Assembly (NCBI GenBank): GCA_025201805.1
Contig: MU619289.1
Span: 99,357 to 163,356, forward strand
Source of the DNA: Parasitella parasitica NRRL 2501
Lineage: Eukaryota > Fungi > Mucoromycota
Length of the DNA: 64,000 nt
Direction of reading: 5' to 3'
Shown here: positions 1 through 10,860 of the stretch, piece by piece
How the letters are laid out: the number at the start of each line of letters is the position of its first letter
Position numbering within the stretch: position 1 is the first letter of the stretch
Position numbers and translations under genes: made by a program
The notes under the pieces: generated by a model
Database searches by the model: none
What the model was told of the DNA's origin: nothing
What the model saw: only the letters and a program-made list of their open reading frames with translations

Positions 1-1
1 A

Positions 2-498
2 GGTGACAAAAGTAAGATGCCTCTGGTGGTCTTTGGTGACGGGTTAAAAAACAAAGATCATATAAAGTTCAGAGGTTTAAGACACGGTGTTTCGAACAAA
101 ATATACAAGCAACTACAAGCAAGAGAAAGAATTGGTGAACTATTGCTTGTAGATATTAATGAGTTCAAAACATCGAAGGTTATTAAGGAAAAAACACACA
201 TAATTCACATATTGCACTTTCAGCTAAAACCGATTATTCATAGATCTGCAACAACTGTCTCAAAGAAGATCTGGAGAATTTCAAGATAAGCCATGACAAC
301 GAAGAAACCAAAATCCATCAGGTATTGAAGTGTAAAACTTGCAATATTTACTGGAATCGCGATGCCATGGCCTCGAAGAACATGCTCACCATTGCCACAT
401 CAATTTGGTGTGGAAATGGCCGCCCCCAGGTTTTCAAAAGACATACCGCCACCTCCAATGTGGTTGTTGCTGCTCACTCCGGTGAGTCAGCAACTTAA
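2..498 (+). CDS. Fanzor (eukaryotic TnpB/IS200-IS605-like RNA-guided endonuclease), C-terminal part; 5' end lies outside the window
   Basis: Exon 2..178 reads ...PLVVFGDG...LLLVDINEFKTSK. A 65-nt GT..AG intron (179-243) joins it in frame to exon 244..498: ICNNC...VLKCKTCNIYWNRDAMASKNM...GRPQVFKR...SAT*. This gives the TnpB/Fanzor pattern E-x2-TS-x2-CxxC...CxxC-x3-NRD-x2-A-x2-N (RuvC-II Glu, Zn finger, RuvC-III Asp). Confidence 0.9.
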
Positions 499-509
499 AG
501 ATATTGCAG
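420..509 (+). ncRNA. Putative Fanzor omega-RNA scaffold overlapping the 3' end of the ORF (boundaries approximate)
   Basis: Hairpin GTTGCTG-CTCAC-tccg-GTGAG-t-CAGCAAC (466-494; 12 bp, one bulge) and a smaller GCCAC/GTGGT hairpin (448-464) lie in the low-information last codons. TnpB/Fanzor omega-RNAs typically sit at or overlap the ORF 3' end. Confidence 0.5.
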
Positions 510-554
510 GTAAGAAGCTGTAACAATTCTGATTCTTCTAAAAGATACTAACAT

Positions 555-678
555 TGTCTCCATGTTCGTACTCATGTCCCATTTTCATCTTGTTGTCCCA
601 TTTTCGTATTTGTGCCATTTTTGTATTCGTGACCCAACTCAATTTGAAAATGACCAAAATCTATTTTCATTGGCCCAA
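555..678 (+). repeat. Subterminal array of about 7 degenerate TG(T/A/G)CCCA units, 17-21 bp period
   Basis: Units start at 555, 575, 594, 611, 630, 651 and 671; TGTCCCATTTTC is exact at 575 and 594. Confidence 0.7.
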
Positions 679-1207
679 TCTAGTTTCGTCAACTGTAGTA
701 CGCACATGCAGTTGCAATTGTATTTAATAGAGTCCCTTTCAAATTACTACAATGAAAAGTTTTATAATATATTTTACCTAAAAGTCTATAAAATATTTCT
801 TATGTAGAGAATTCTTCGCAGAAAGAAGAAATAGGAGTTGGTATCTAAACCCTTTCAATAAAGTGAAATCTAATGGCTGTTTCTCTTTTTGCAGCTGTAA
901 ATCTACGAAAACGATGGCACGAAATGTATATCATCGGAAATTTTTATCTTACCTTTTTTCTCACTAGCAAAGATTCACTATATGTTACAATTTGCTGAAG
1001 CTATTATGTAGTGCTTCCAGACACTTCAAATGATTGATGAAGCCCAAAAGCGCATGCTAGTGACTCTTGATTAGCTACTCTTATCGGGTGTTATTTTTGC
1101 CATATACGGTGGAGGAGGATGGATTAAATTTCAATGTGAACATCCAAATTTTCATTCTCTCTATTTCATTTCTAAGGTTTAAAACTCTTGAAAAAGACTA
1201 AAGCAAA

Positions 1208-1906
1208 ATGTCAAGCATAAGAGAAAGGAAACAGCACTACCAGCTTGATCAAGGAACAGCACCGAATCAATTAAACTATAGTACAAATTGGATGAGTTAT
1301 AAAGGTAAGCATTGTAGTAGTTGTCATCCCATACTGCTTTCACACATGTCGTATAAACACTTGTAGGTGCTTGGATAACAATTGTATTGATTGTAATTGC
1401 TATCAAAATTTTATACTCGCTTATTCCATTCATATCCTCCGAGACAAGTTGGACATTGACCAACTTGACCTTTAATGCCGTAAGGAGATAAACAACATGC
1501 TTAATTTGGTGTCACGCTATATTATTGACATATGTTTTACATGTAGGGCCATTTCATTATGTTCCATTGGTTGCAAGGCACGCCTACATTAGATAACAAT
1601 CAAGGTGCATATGATGGGTTGACAGTGTGGGAGCAAATTGATGATGGAACTCAATTCACAGCAACAAGGAAGTTCTTGATGATAGTGCCAATAGTGTTGT
1701 AAGTACATTTTCTTTTTTTCTTTTTTCTGGAGATATCGACAGATTTTTTACACAGATTTTTGCTGAGTACACATTATACACATTATGATATGCTTCAATT
1801 CGCCATCAATTTCTGTTCTCTTGTGATTGTTTTGATAGCAAAATTGCCAGCCATGCATGAAGTTAGGATATTTGGAATCAACAAGCGTACGAACGAAGAA
1901 TTTTGA
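1208..1906 (+). CDS. ORM1: ORM1/ORMDL sphingolipid-synthesis regulator (4 exons; not in ORF track)
   Basis: Spliced translation MSSIRERK...NWMSYKGAWIT...SWTLTNLTFNA-GHFIMFHWLQGTP...NQGAYDGLTVWEQIDDGTQFTATRKFL...FLLSTHYTHYD...IAKLPAMHEVRIFGIN; classic ORMDL motifs. Confidence 0.95.
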
Positions 1907-2272
1907 GCAGTACTGACTCCCGGATGTACAGTACCGCTTGATAATACAGAAATGTACTCCTCCGCTCCTCATTCTTAATATGCATTACACATATAAATAT
2001 TCATTACATTTATAAATATTCATTAGACAGATATTCTTTTCTTTTTTGTACATTTGACAGATAAAAACATCTTGCATTAGATCAAAACATTTGGCTGTTA
2101 TCACATAGTGCGCTTGAGTCATAAATTTATAGGATTGTCTACCTGGTATACACGCGACGTGATATCAGTAAAGCACGTTAAATACCGTTAATACAGCTTC
2201 TTAAATCATATACTTTTATATTTTATTACGTATTAAGTAGTGAATTGTAAATTTTAAGGGAGTATTAGCTGT

Positions 2273-3588
2273 TTAAGTACTTGTCCCATTATTGTTGTTG
2301 TTGCTGTTGTCGCTACTATTATTACTATTACCTCCAACGCCCTATTTTGATGTTATTAGCAAAAAGCAGATTTTAGCAATAAGGATCTTCCTACCACATG
2401 GCCAAACGCAAACCACCACACCAGGATAGCGATCATAACACATATACCAATACAAAGGAAAAAACAGCACCATTTTTTCTAGATGATGAATACGAGATTA
2501 GACGCACGTTTCAATGTTACTGTACAGATAAATATATTACAGCTCGAGTTGATTTTGCAAGTGCAATGGCTCTAGTTAATTGTGAATTGCCTTCCTTTAG
2601 CTGAACAGCAGCTTCATCTGCATTGTTCTCAACCGTATTCAACATCTCTCCTTGTTGTTCTACCATCATTTGCATATCCATAAACAGTTGATGCAATTCC
2701 TAAGTTCAACATATGAGCAAAATTGAGATATCATTCAGAAGAAATACTTACAACAATGGTTTTTTCAATATGCTTAATGTCGTCGTGTCTTGTCTGTACT
2801 TCAGACAACACAGCTTTTGATTGACCTTGTCGACTCGCATTCATCAGCGACTGAGCAAATACTTGAGGCGTATCATCTGCATCTATGATGTCGTCTACTT
2901 CATCTTGACTAGCATCGGGCTTAACTAACAAATAGTCAACAGAATGTACGCCGCTACAGACCCAAAAACACACACAAACAAAAACACACACACACACACA
3001 CACACGTACCAATCCTGATTTGACGTTCGATACGCTGGCGATACTTTAGCTGATAATTTCTCTCTACATCTTGATAACGCTGAATTGTATCCAAAAACCT
3101 TTTTTTCAGAGCGACCGTCTAATTTAATTATATAACTTGAGTAAAAATCAACTACTATCAAGCATCTATTACCTGCGATCGACGCATTTGAGTGTCTGGG
3201 TTATTTGCAAGCTTACCGTTTGCATTTTCAAGTTCTACATAGCACAAGATAAAATATGTATTTTAAATATCTCATTCGTGTAAACAAATCATAACTCACC
3301 TTGGATTTGATTTTTAATCGTCGTGTTCTTTTGTTGTGTCTCAGTCTTTATTTTCTCCAGCTCTATGGCAGTTTGCTTTGATTGCTGTTCGTTAAAGCTT
3401 GCAAGCGCGTTGTTATGCAAGTTCCCAATCTGATCAACACGATTATTGATAGCGTCAATATCGTACTTCAACCTGTCAATCTAGTATAGGGTTTTTGAGT
3501 TATATGTTATTTATGTCATTTTTGTATATTTACTTGATCAAAGAATGCAGAGGTTGTTGATAGATCAGTTGGTGCTGGATTCTGCTGC

Positions 3589-3621
<33 letters not shown>

Positions 3622-3890
3622 CGATTCCTCATCTCATACGCCTCTCTCTCTGAATTACGTTGTTGTGGCGAATAGCCCCAGTCATGAGGTCTTTGTTGCG
3701 GGGGTAATTCTGCTGGCTGTGGTGGTGCAGGAGGCTGCTGAAGATATGGGCTTGCTGTGCCCAAAGGTCTTCTACTGGGCCCAAACTCATCTCGCTCATC
3801 ACTAAGTATTTCAATCAGATTCAATGCATGTAACAATGATTAATGGGCAAATTTACTTTTCATTGCTATAGGCATTGCTTGGCTTTGCAT
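2273..3890 (-). CDS. SSO1: Plasma-membrane syntaxin (Sso1/2-like t-SNARE), multi-exon
   Basis: SNARE motif 'AVLSEVQTRHDDIKHIEKTIVELHQLFMDMQMMVEQQG', Habc segment 'YRQRIERQIRIVKPDA', C-terminal TM 'WCCFFLCIGICVMIAILVWWFAFG'. Confidence 0.9.
2966..3005. repeat. Imperfect (CA)n microsatellite in a syntaxin intron
   Basis: Direct reading of the ACACAC... run. Confidence 0.9.
3582..3620 (-). repeat. (CAG/CAA)n polyglutamine tract in the syntaxin N-terminus
   Basis: CTG/TTG run on the + strand encodes about 13 Q. Confidence 0.9.
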
Positions 3891-4151
3891 GTAGAAAAAT
3901 GTCAATTATACATATTTTTTGTACAACCATCAACATACTTGTGCAGAACCTTTTAATTCTGCTGTTCTATCTCTGCTGAATGAATACGACATTCCACACA
4001 CGAAAATAATCGGTTTCTTAGAAGAAGATGGAGAAGAAAATGAAGAAGAGAGGGAGAGAGAGAGAGAGAGAAAAAAAAAGAAAAGAGAAACAACGAAGCA
4101 ATTGAAATTTCCTTTATTGTCTTGCGGAGGAATTCCCTCAGGCATTTCACA

Positions 4152-6245
4152 ATGACATTATCAAGTAGGCCAAGTTTTACCGTAAAACCACGCCAAAGAG
4201 TGTCACATTGGAAAACACTTTTTTCTTCTACTTTTCCTGAAAAAATGGCGCTTAATTTGCCTAAAAAAGCAAGACGTCTGAGACGAGCAGATGACAACGA
4301 TGAACAAGTTCAAAAGGTGGCAAAAAAAGCCAACACTAGGTATGATGATGTTCAAAGCATTTTAGAAAAAAATAAGCAGCGCCGAGAAATGAAAAAAGAA
4401 CTTGAAAGAGTTGGTATTATGACGGACGCACTTACACATACACACATTATACTGACATTTATGCACCTAGATGAGTTCAGCTTTGAAAGATGACATGTTT
4501 GAATCAGCTTCAAAAGACATGGCGATGATGAACGAAGAATACGATGAAGACGGGATCAGATCTAACGATGAATCAGTTACAAATGAAACCTATAGATCAG
4601 CGTTTGATGATGATTTCATGCTGGATAGTGCATTTCCTTCGGATGATGAAACAGAAGAGGAGGCTTTACGAGCAGCTATTAAAATCTACATGGAGAAAGA
4701 CCAAGAATTGCAAGCAAATATTGATCACGCAATCACAAATTCAAAGACGGTTGAAGTTGTTGAATCCACTGAAAATTGGCATCAGTCATTTTTCACACCA
4801 GGAAGCAAGGTAATTTGCATATTCAAGGGTTGCTCATTGTTCAAACTTCTACTCGTTGTAGAACATTAGACAGCCTAGACTGATCTCGCAGGAGGAAGGT
4901 ATTGGTGAAAAAGAAATCTATTTGTCTGAATTGTCTGCTAGTAAGTTTCAGAAATATCTTGTCAATGCGTCCGTTTCCATAATATTTCCATGCAGCTGCT
5001 AGTGCAAGAGCCTATTTACTGCAGCTGGGTTCGATGAAGGATTGGCATCATAGTGGATGGAAATGCCCAAGTTACATATATCAGTGGCTATATGAAGTCG
5101 GTAAGTTGTATCGATGGACCGAGCCTTAAAACCCAAGACTGAAAGAAATATACTAGTGGCGTTGGAATTGGACATGAATACCGCCAAAAATGCACTTTCG
5201 ACACTGTTCGTGCTATGGACTTTGCCAGGCAACCGAGTCGATACACAATTACCGTACATTTGCAAACAACGGCACATTCAGATATCAACGTTCAAAGGCA
5301 TTTTGTTAGCCTACGATGCTCTTCCAGCAGGCTTGGTTGAAAGCGTACTGCTGGATCCAGATGACGAAGATACACAAATCCAAGCCAAGAATGCCGAAAA
5401 CTATGATGGGGAACAAGCGCGGCACCTGCCAGTATCGCAGTTGGGCTGGATGGTCAAGGCGTTAGGGTTTTCTATTCGTCTCTGGTCCAAGGCATACACA
5501 GCCTACGAGATTAGATATGTAATTAGGCTTTTGACTCAAATGTCATTGGACGAAACTGGCTATTTAGTGTTGCAAGAAATCCAGATTGCCATTGATAACT
5601 GTTTAGCTGGCATGAAAGAGACAACATGGGAGACAGAACTGAAAACAATTGCAAGTGATATATGCGACATTGTTAGCTCAACAAAGCGACAAGTCCACAT
5701 ACTCGATTGTGTCAAGATGATAAACGAACGTTCCCACTATTTTAGACGCATTCTTGCAGTTACTTGCCTGGAGAGATGTTTGGAACAAGAAGTGCCCGGA
5801 AGCGTTGAGTACATTTCAATTGATCAGAGCCTGATTTGCCAAATTCATCAGATTTTCATGCATAAAGATGGATTTTTTATGAAGAGAGATGGTATGGATT
5901 TTGAGGAGTGCTTTGTACGGCTAGCCATATTAGACGCTGCGATTAGCGTCAATGACGATGAGATCAGGAGAGATGCAAGACCTGTGCTGGAAATAGCTGA
6001 TGAGCTTCACAAAATAGGGTTATCAATCGGTACGTTTTAGGAAAGGCTTTTGAAACAAATTTTAAAATTAATCAAATAATGTCAGGTACTCATATAGGTG
6101 TTATGAAAAAGACCTTGGTATATGCAGTTTTTATATAACGAGTTTGAGATTTCTAACCTTTTAATTCTAGGCTAAAGAGATTATTCAACGGGTATCAAGT
6201 CGATTAACATTTATTCTTGGAAAAAACGCACGGGTTGGATTTTAA
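4152..6245 (+). CDS. Uncharacterised multi-exon protein (acidic N-terminus, helical C-terminus); possibly SLF2/Nse6-like
   Basis: ORFs 4122, 4471 and 5114 are linked by short GT-AG introns; the last exon reads AKEIIQRVSSRLTFILGKNARVGF*. The family assignment is only a weak resemblance. Confidence 0.7.
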
Positions 6246-6349
6246 AACCACAATACATAAAAGGGCCCTTTTTTTTTTATTATTATTATTATTTGTTACA
6301 TCTCTTTTTCTTTCTTTAAATTTATTGTAGAATATTCACACAAGATACC

Positions 6350-7241
6350 ATGGTATACATATAAATAAAGATAACAACTATTTTCATAATGACGTTGTGT
6401 AAACAATAGGCTGAAGCGAAAGAATTTTTGTTCAAAATCCTCGTTGTAGGTGATTTGGGCACGGGAAAAACCTCCATCATCCGTCGTTATGTTCATAATA
6501 TATTTTCAAGCAACTACAAATCTACTGTAAATAGGACACATAACTGAAATGTATACGTTTACAGCAAAATGCTAATATGCATAAAAGATTGGAGTAGATT
6601 TTGCCCTCAAGGTAATCCAATGGGGCCCTGATGCGATTGTTAGATTACAGCTGTGGGATATAGCTGGGCAGGAGAGGTTCGGCAACATGACACGCGTATA
6701 CTATAAAGAAGCTCTCGGTGCAATCGTTGTTTACGATGTAACTAGACCGCAGACTTTTGAAGGCGTTACTAAATGGAAAAACGATATCGATACGAAAGTC
6801 TCATTATCAGAAGCATGGGGAGGAGGGCAGATTCCAGTCATACTATTAGCAAATAAAGTAGGTTATCCACCATTGACTATGGTACTAGCAGGTATATTGA
6901 TACTTTTTTATCACAAAAACAACAGAGTGATTTGATACAGGAAGGGCATGGACAGCATGTGAACCCTACTGAACTAGATCAGTTTTGTCAGGATAATGGA
7001 TTCATAAAATGGTAACAAGCTAAAAATGTCATGTTGCATGACCCTTTATTGACTAAAACAATCTAGGTTTGAAACTTCAGCAAAGGACAACACAAATATC
7101 GAAGAAGCCGCAAGCCATTTGATTACCTCCATCTTGAAATTACACGAAGAAAACGCAGATAACGTCGCAAATGATGAAAGCACTGTAAACCTAAACCAGC
7201 AGCAACAGCAACAGCATCAGCAAAACAATGGATGTTGTTAA
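6350..7241 (+). CDS. RAB32: Rab32/Rab38-subfamily small GTPase
   Basis: FKILVVGDLGTGKTSIIRRYVHNIFS..YKSTIGVDFALKV, diagnostic WDIAGQERFGNMTRVYYKEA, ILLANK, FETSAK, C-terminal GCC* prenylation motif. First coding exon is inferred to be ATG only (6350-6352). Confidence 0.92.
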
Positions 7242-7440
7242 TAAAATTATCCGGCAATTGAAATTTTTTCACGTCTTATCATGCGGCTAAAAAGTGCTTT
7301 CGCGGTGTATTTGTGCATTAGTAAAGCATTCTAGCAACAAAAGCATACAAGTGTAACATTGCAAGTACAATGTCTTTAATTGGTGTGCATTGCACTTCAT
7401 ATAATGTTTGTTTTTGATCCAATAATGCTGACATCTTTTT

Positions 7441-7780
7441 NNNNNNNNNNNNNNNNNNNNNNNNNNNNNNNNNNNNNNNNNNNNNNNNNNNNNNNNNNNN
7501 NNNNNNNNNNNNNNNNNNNNNNNNNNNNNNNNNNNNNNNNNNNNNNNNNNNNNNNNNNNNNNNNNNNNNNNNNNNNNNNNNNNNNNNNNNNNNNNNNNNN
7601 NNNNNNNNNNNNNNNNNNNNNNNNNNNNNNNNNNNNNNNNNNNNNNNNNNNNNNNNNNNNNNNNNNNNNNNNNNNNNNNNNNNNNNNNNNNNNNNNNNNN
7701 NNNNNNNNNNNNNNNNNNNNNNNNNNNNNNNNNNNNNNNNNNNNNNNNNNNNNNNNNNNNNNNNNNNNNNNNNNNNNNNN
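7441..7780. other. Assembly gap (N run)
   Basis: 340 N. Further gaps at 15543-15578, 43249-43258 and 45337-45346. Confidence 1.
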
Positions 7781-7927
7781 TGCTTTCCTTAATAATATTT
7801 CAAAGCTATCTCATTGATTAACTGGGTAGAATAACCATTTATCCGAACCGGGCTTTGTCAACTATCATCTTGTGCTCCCCTGGTATACTCCCAAGTTTAT
7901 TATTTTCTTTCCCTGTCAAAGTAAATC

Positions 7928-9310
7928 ATGACACTACTTGAGACTTTACAACAGCAGACACCATCAACATCAGCAGAGCCTTTACCTCCGGTTGAGCTTC
8001 CAGAGAAACAGGGACTTTGGAGCACCGTCACCTCCAATCCGTTGTTTTCAGCAGGTTTTGGTTTGATGGGTGTAGGTGCAGGCCTGACGCTTTTACGCAA
8101 AGGGAGTGTGCTGGGAGCAAGTGCGCTTCGTAGGAGGCTTTTGGTTACTCTTGAAATTCCATCCAAAGACAAATCCTACCACTGGTTTCTTCAGTGGATG
8201 TCACAACAGGCGCCTAAAAGACACGTTCAGCACTTGTCTGTCGAAACAAGCTATCTACAGCATGACAATGGCAGTGTCAGCACCAAATTCGGTCTAGTGC
8301 CAGGACCAGGTACTCACTTTTTCAAGTGGCGTAATACCTGGATGCAAGTTCAAAGACAAAGGGATGGAAAATTGATGGACTTAACAACAGGAGCCCCCTG
8401 GGAGACGATTACTATCACAACATTGAGTAGAGATAGACATGTGTTCAAGGAGTTGCTTTATGAAGCTCAGGAAATGGCGCTGAAGAAGCAAGAAGGCAAA
8501 ACAGTAATTTATACGTCTTATGGGCCTGAATGGAGACCCTTTGGAATGCCTCGACGAAGACGAATGCTTGATTCAGTTATTTTGGACAAGGGCATAAAGC
8601 AACGCATTGTGGAGGATGTAAAGACTTTTATAGGCAATGGCAAATGGTATAACGAGCGAGGCATCCCTTACCGAAGAGGTTACTTGTTATACGGACCACC
8701 TGGAAGCGGTAAAAGCAGCTTTATTCAAGCACTAGCAGTAGGTTTTCTCACTTGGTAAATTAACAAAGTTAACCCGCAGTAACGTGTACATGTGTTTTAG
8801 GGCGAACTTGAATACAACATTTGTATACTCAATTTATCGGAAAGAGGGTTGACAGACGATCGATTGAACCATCTGCTAAGCAATGTACCGGAACGCAGTA
8901 TCATGCTCTTGGAAGATATAGATGCAGCCTTTACAAAGAGAACGCAGTCTGACAACCAAGGATACCAATCAATGATTACATTTAGTGGTCTTTTGAATTC
9001 ATTAGATGGTGTGGCGTCGGCAGAAGAAAGGATTATCTTTCTCACAACCAATCATGCAGAGAAGTTGGACCCTGCCTTAATCCGACCTGGCAGAGTAGAC
9101 ATGAAGGAATATCTTGGAAATACAACAGAATACCAAGCTAAACAAATGTTTCTGAGATTTTATGACGATGTACCACTAGCTGATGAGTTTGTTGAAAAAA
9201 TTCGAGGAAAAGACATCAGTACAGCAAGTCTGCAGGGCCATTTTGTATATTATAAAGATAAGCCAAAAGAAGCTGTGGATCAAGCTGCATCGTTATGGAA
9301 TCAATTGTAG
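7928..9310 (+). CDS. BCS1: Mitochondrial AAA chaperone BCS1 (intron 8738-8800)
   Basis: [73 protein letters not shown]. Confidence 0.97.
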
Positions 9311-9439
9311 CACCAACGCTAGCATGGAATTTATGTTTTGCTCCACTTTAAAAAATGTTTACAATCGATTCTCCTTTTTTTCTTTTTTTTTTTTCTTCAC
9401 ACTTTTTGAAATAAAGGTTAATTACTCTACAGAGGGAAA

Positions 9440-10860
9440 ATGAATGAAACCGAGTCCAGCTACACTTGGATATTCTTGGTTGGTGTAGTTGTATTTCTAT
9501 TTGTTATAGTCATTTTGCTGTGCTTTACAAAGGCTAGTGGCGAGCGATTGTTTTACTCTGGGGAAGACTCGATATTCGAAGAAACCATCGTTGAAACGCC
9601 TGCATTGTTAGCTACCCTGTCAGAAGACGCTCGTCTAAGCTATGAACAAGCTAAATGTAAAGATACGAACATATGAATTGATTGAATTAAAATGACTAAC
9701 ATTAGCAACTAAAGCATTTCAAGCCAGACATCCTCCAGAAAGCGTCCCAACTGATATAACATTATCGCAGTATGTCAGCATCCAAGAAAAAGGCGTTTCA
9801 GCGTTCGAATTCGAATGGGATATGGAAACAACAAGCTTTGTATCCGCTAGGACCGAGATCCAGTTCTTTTCCGGCGAATGCTGTGTGCAAACAAATCTGC
9901 CATTGCCAAGAAATCAAGAAGTTTATTACTGGGAGGCTAAAATGTTTGAAAAGCCCACAAGCACGATTGTTTCGGTTGGTGTAGCTACCAAACCTTATCC
10001 TTATTGGCGACTACCAGGTATATATACATATATATAAATACACACACACATAACTGCATCTATTTTGTCGAGATATCTCACAACCAGCATTGCAAAAATC
10101 ATACACAGGCTGGAATAGGCACTCTGTTGGATATTTTAGTAATACTGGAAACAAGCATTTTAACAACCCGTTTGTTGGACGACCCTATGGATTCACTTAT
10201 GATGAAGGCGATGTGATTGGTGTTGGCTATCGTCATCGCACTGGCACCGTTTTCTTTACACGGAATGGGAGAAAGCTAGAAGAAGCTTGTTTTGGTCTAA
10301 GGTACAATCTATTCCCAACCATCGGAGCCAATGGTCCATGCCAAATTCATGTCAATCTGGGTCAAATGGGTATGTAGTGGTCTGTGTTTTATTTTTGCTT
10401 TCAGCTGGCTGATCTCTTGTGAACAGGATTTGTGTTTGTAGAGGCAAACGTAAAGAAATGGGGATTGGCGCCAATTCAGGGCACGTTAGCACCTCCACCT
10501 GCTTATGGTTATGAGGCTGGATCCTTGTTATTGGAAAGAGGAAGGACGGGTGAAACGAGCCATTTGTTAGGAGAGAGAGCCGAAAGTTGTAGCCATTATG
10601 ATATACCCTCGATCGTTGAACCAAATAACGCTGCCACCACAGATGACGACGATGACAATACGCCCTTAATCCATCATGCTGGTGGAGCTAACAATAACAA
10701 TTATGCATCCATACCTATACCATCGCGTCGTCGAGAAGAATCCGCGGCTTATTCACCGCCTTCATATTCTACGTTTATCAGGCCCTCATTATTAATGGGA
10801 AGAAGCAATAGTAGCGATCAAGAAGAGTACGAAAGAAATCGAAGAGCCCATCTAGTTTAA
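9440..10860 (+). CDS. SSH4: SSH4/EAR1-like single-pass SPRY-domain Rsp5 adaptor
   Basis: N-terminal TM; VQTNLPLP...YYWEAKM...GVATKPYPYWRLPGWNRHSVGY...GDVIGVGYRHRTGTVFFTRNG...FVEANVKKWGLAP; PY motifs PPPAY and PPSY. Confidence 0.88.

Larger units (their letters stand above)
1..697 (+). mobile_element. Right end of a Fanzor-carrying DNA transposon with a Tc1/mariner-like terminus
   Basis: Read from outside on the minus strand, the end is TA|CAGTTGACGAAACTAGATTGGGCCA (CTG at 693-695, TA at 696-697): a CAG-type terminus with putative TA target-site duplication. It is preceded by a subterminal repeat array and a Fanzor ORF. The left TIR is not in the window, so the boundary is inferred. Confidence 0.6.

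Noticed and set aside
555-678. Periodic repeats next to a Cas12-related nuclease, as a possible CRISPR-like array
   Set aside because: Units are degenerate tandem copies with no constant repeat/unique spacer alternation; better explained as transposon subterminal repeats.
1179-1463. 94-aa minus-strand ORF
   Set aside because: Antisense shadow of the spliced ORM1 gene.
7380-7817. 145-aa ORF
   Set aside because: Artefact of translating through an N gap.
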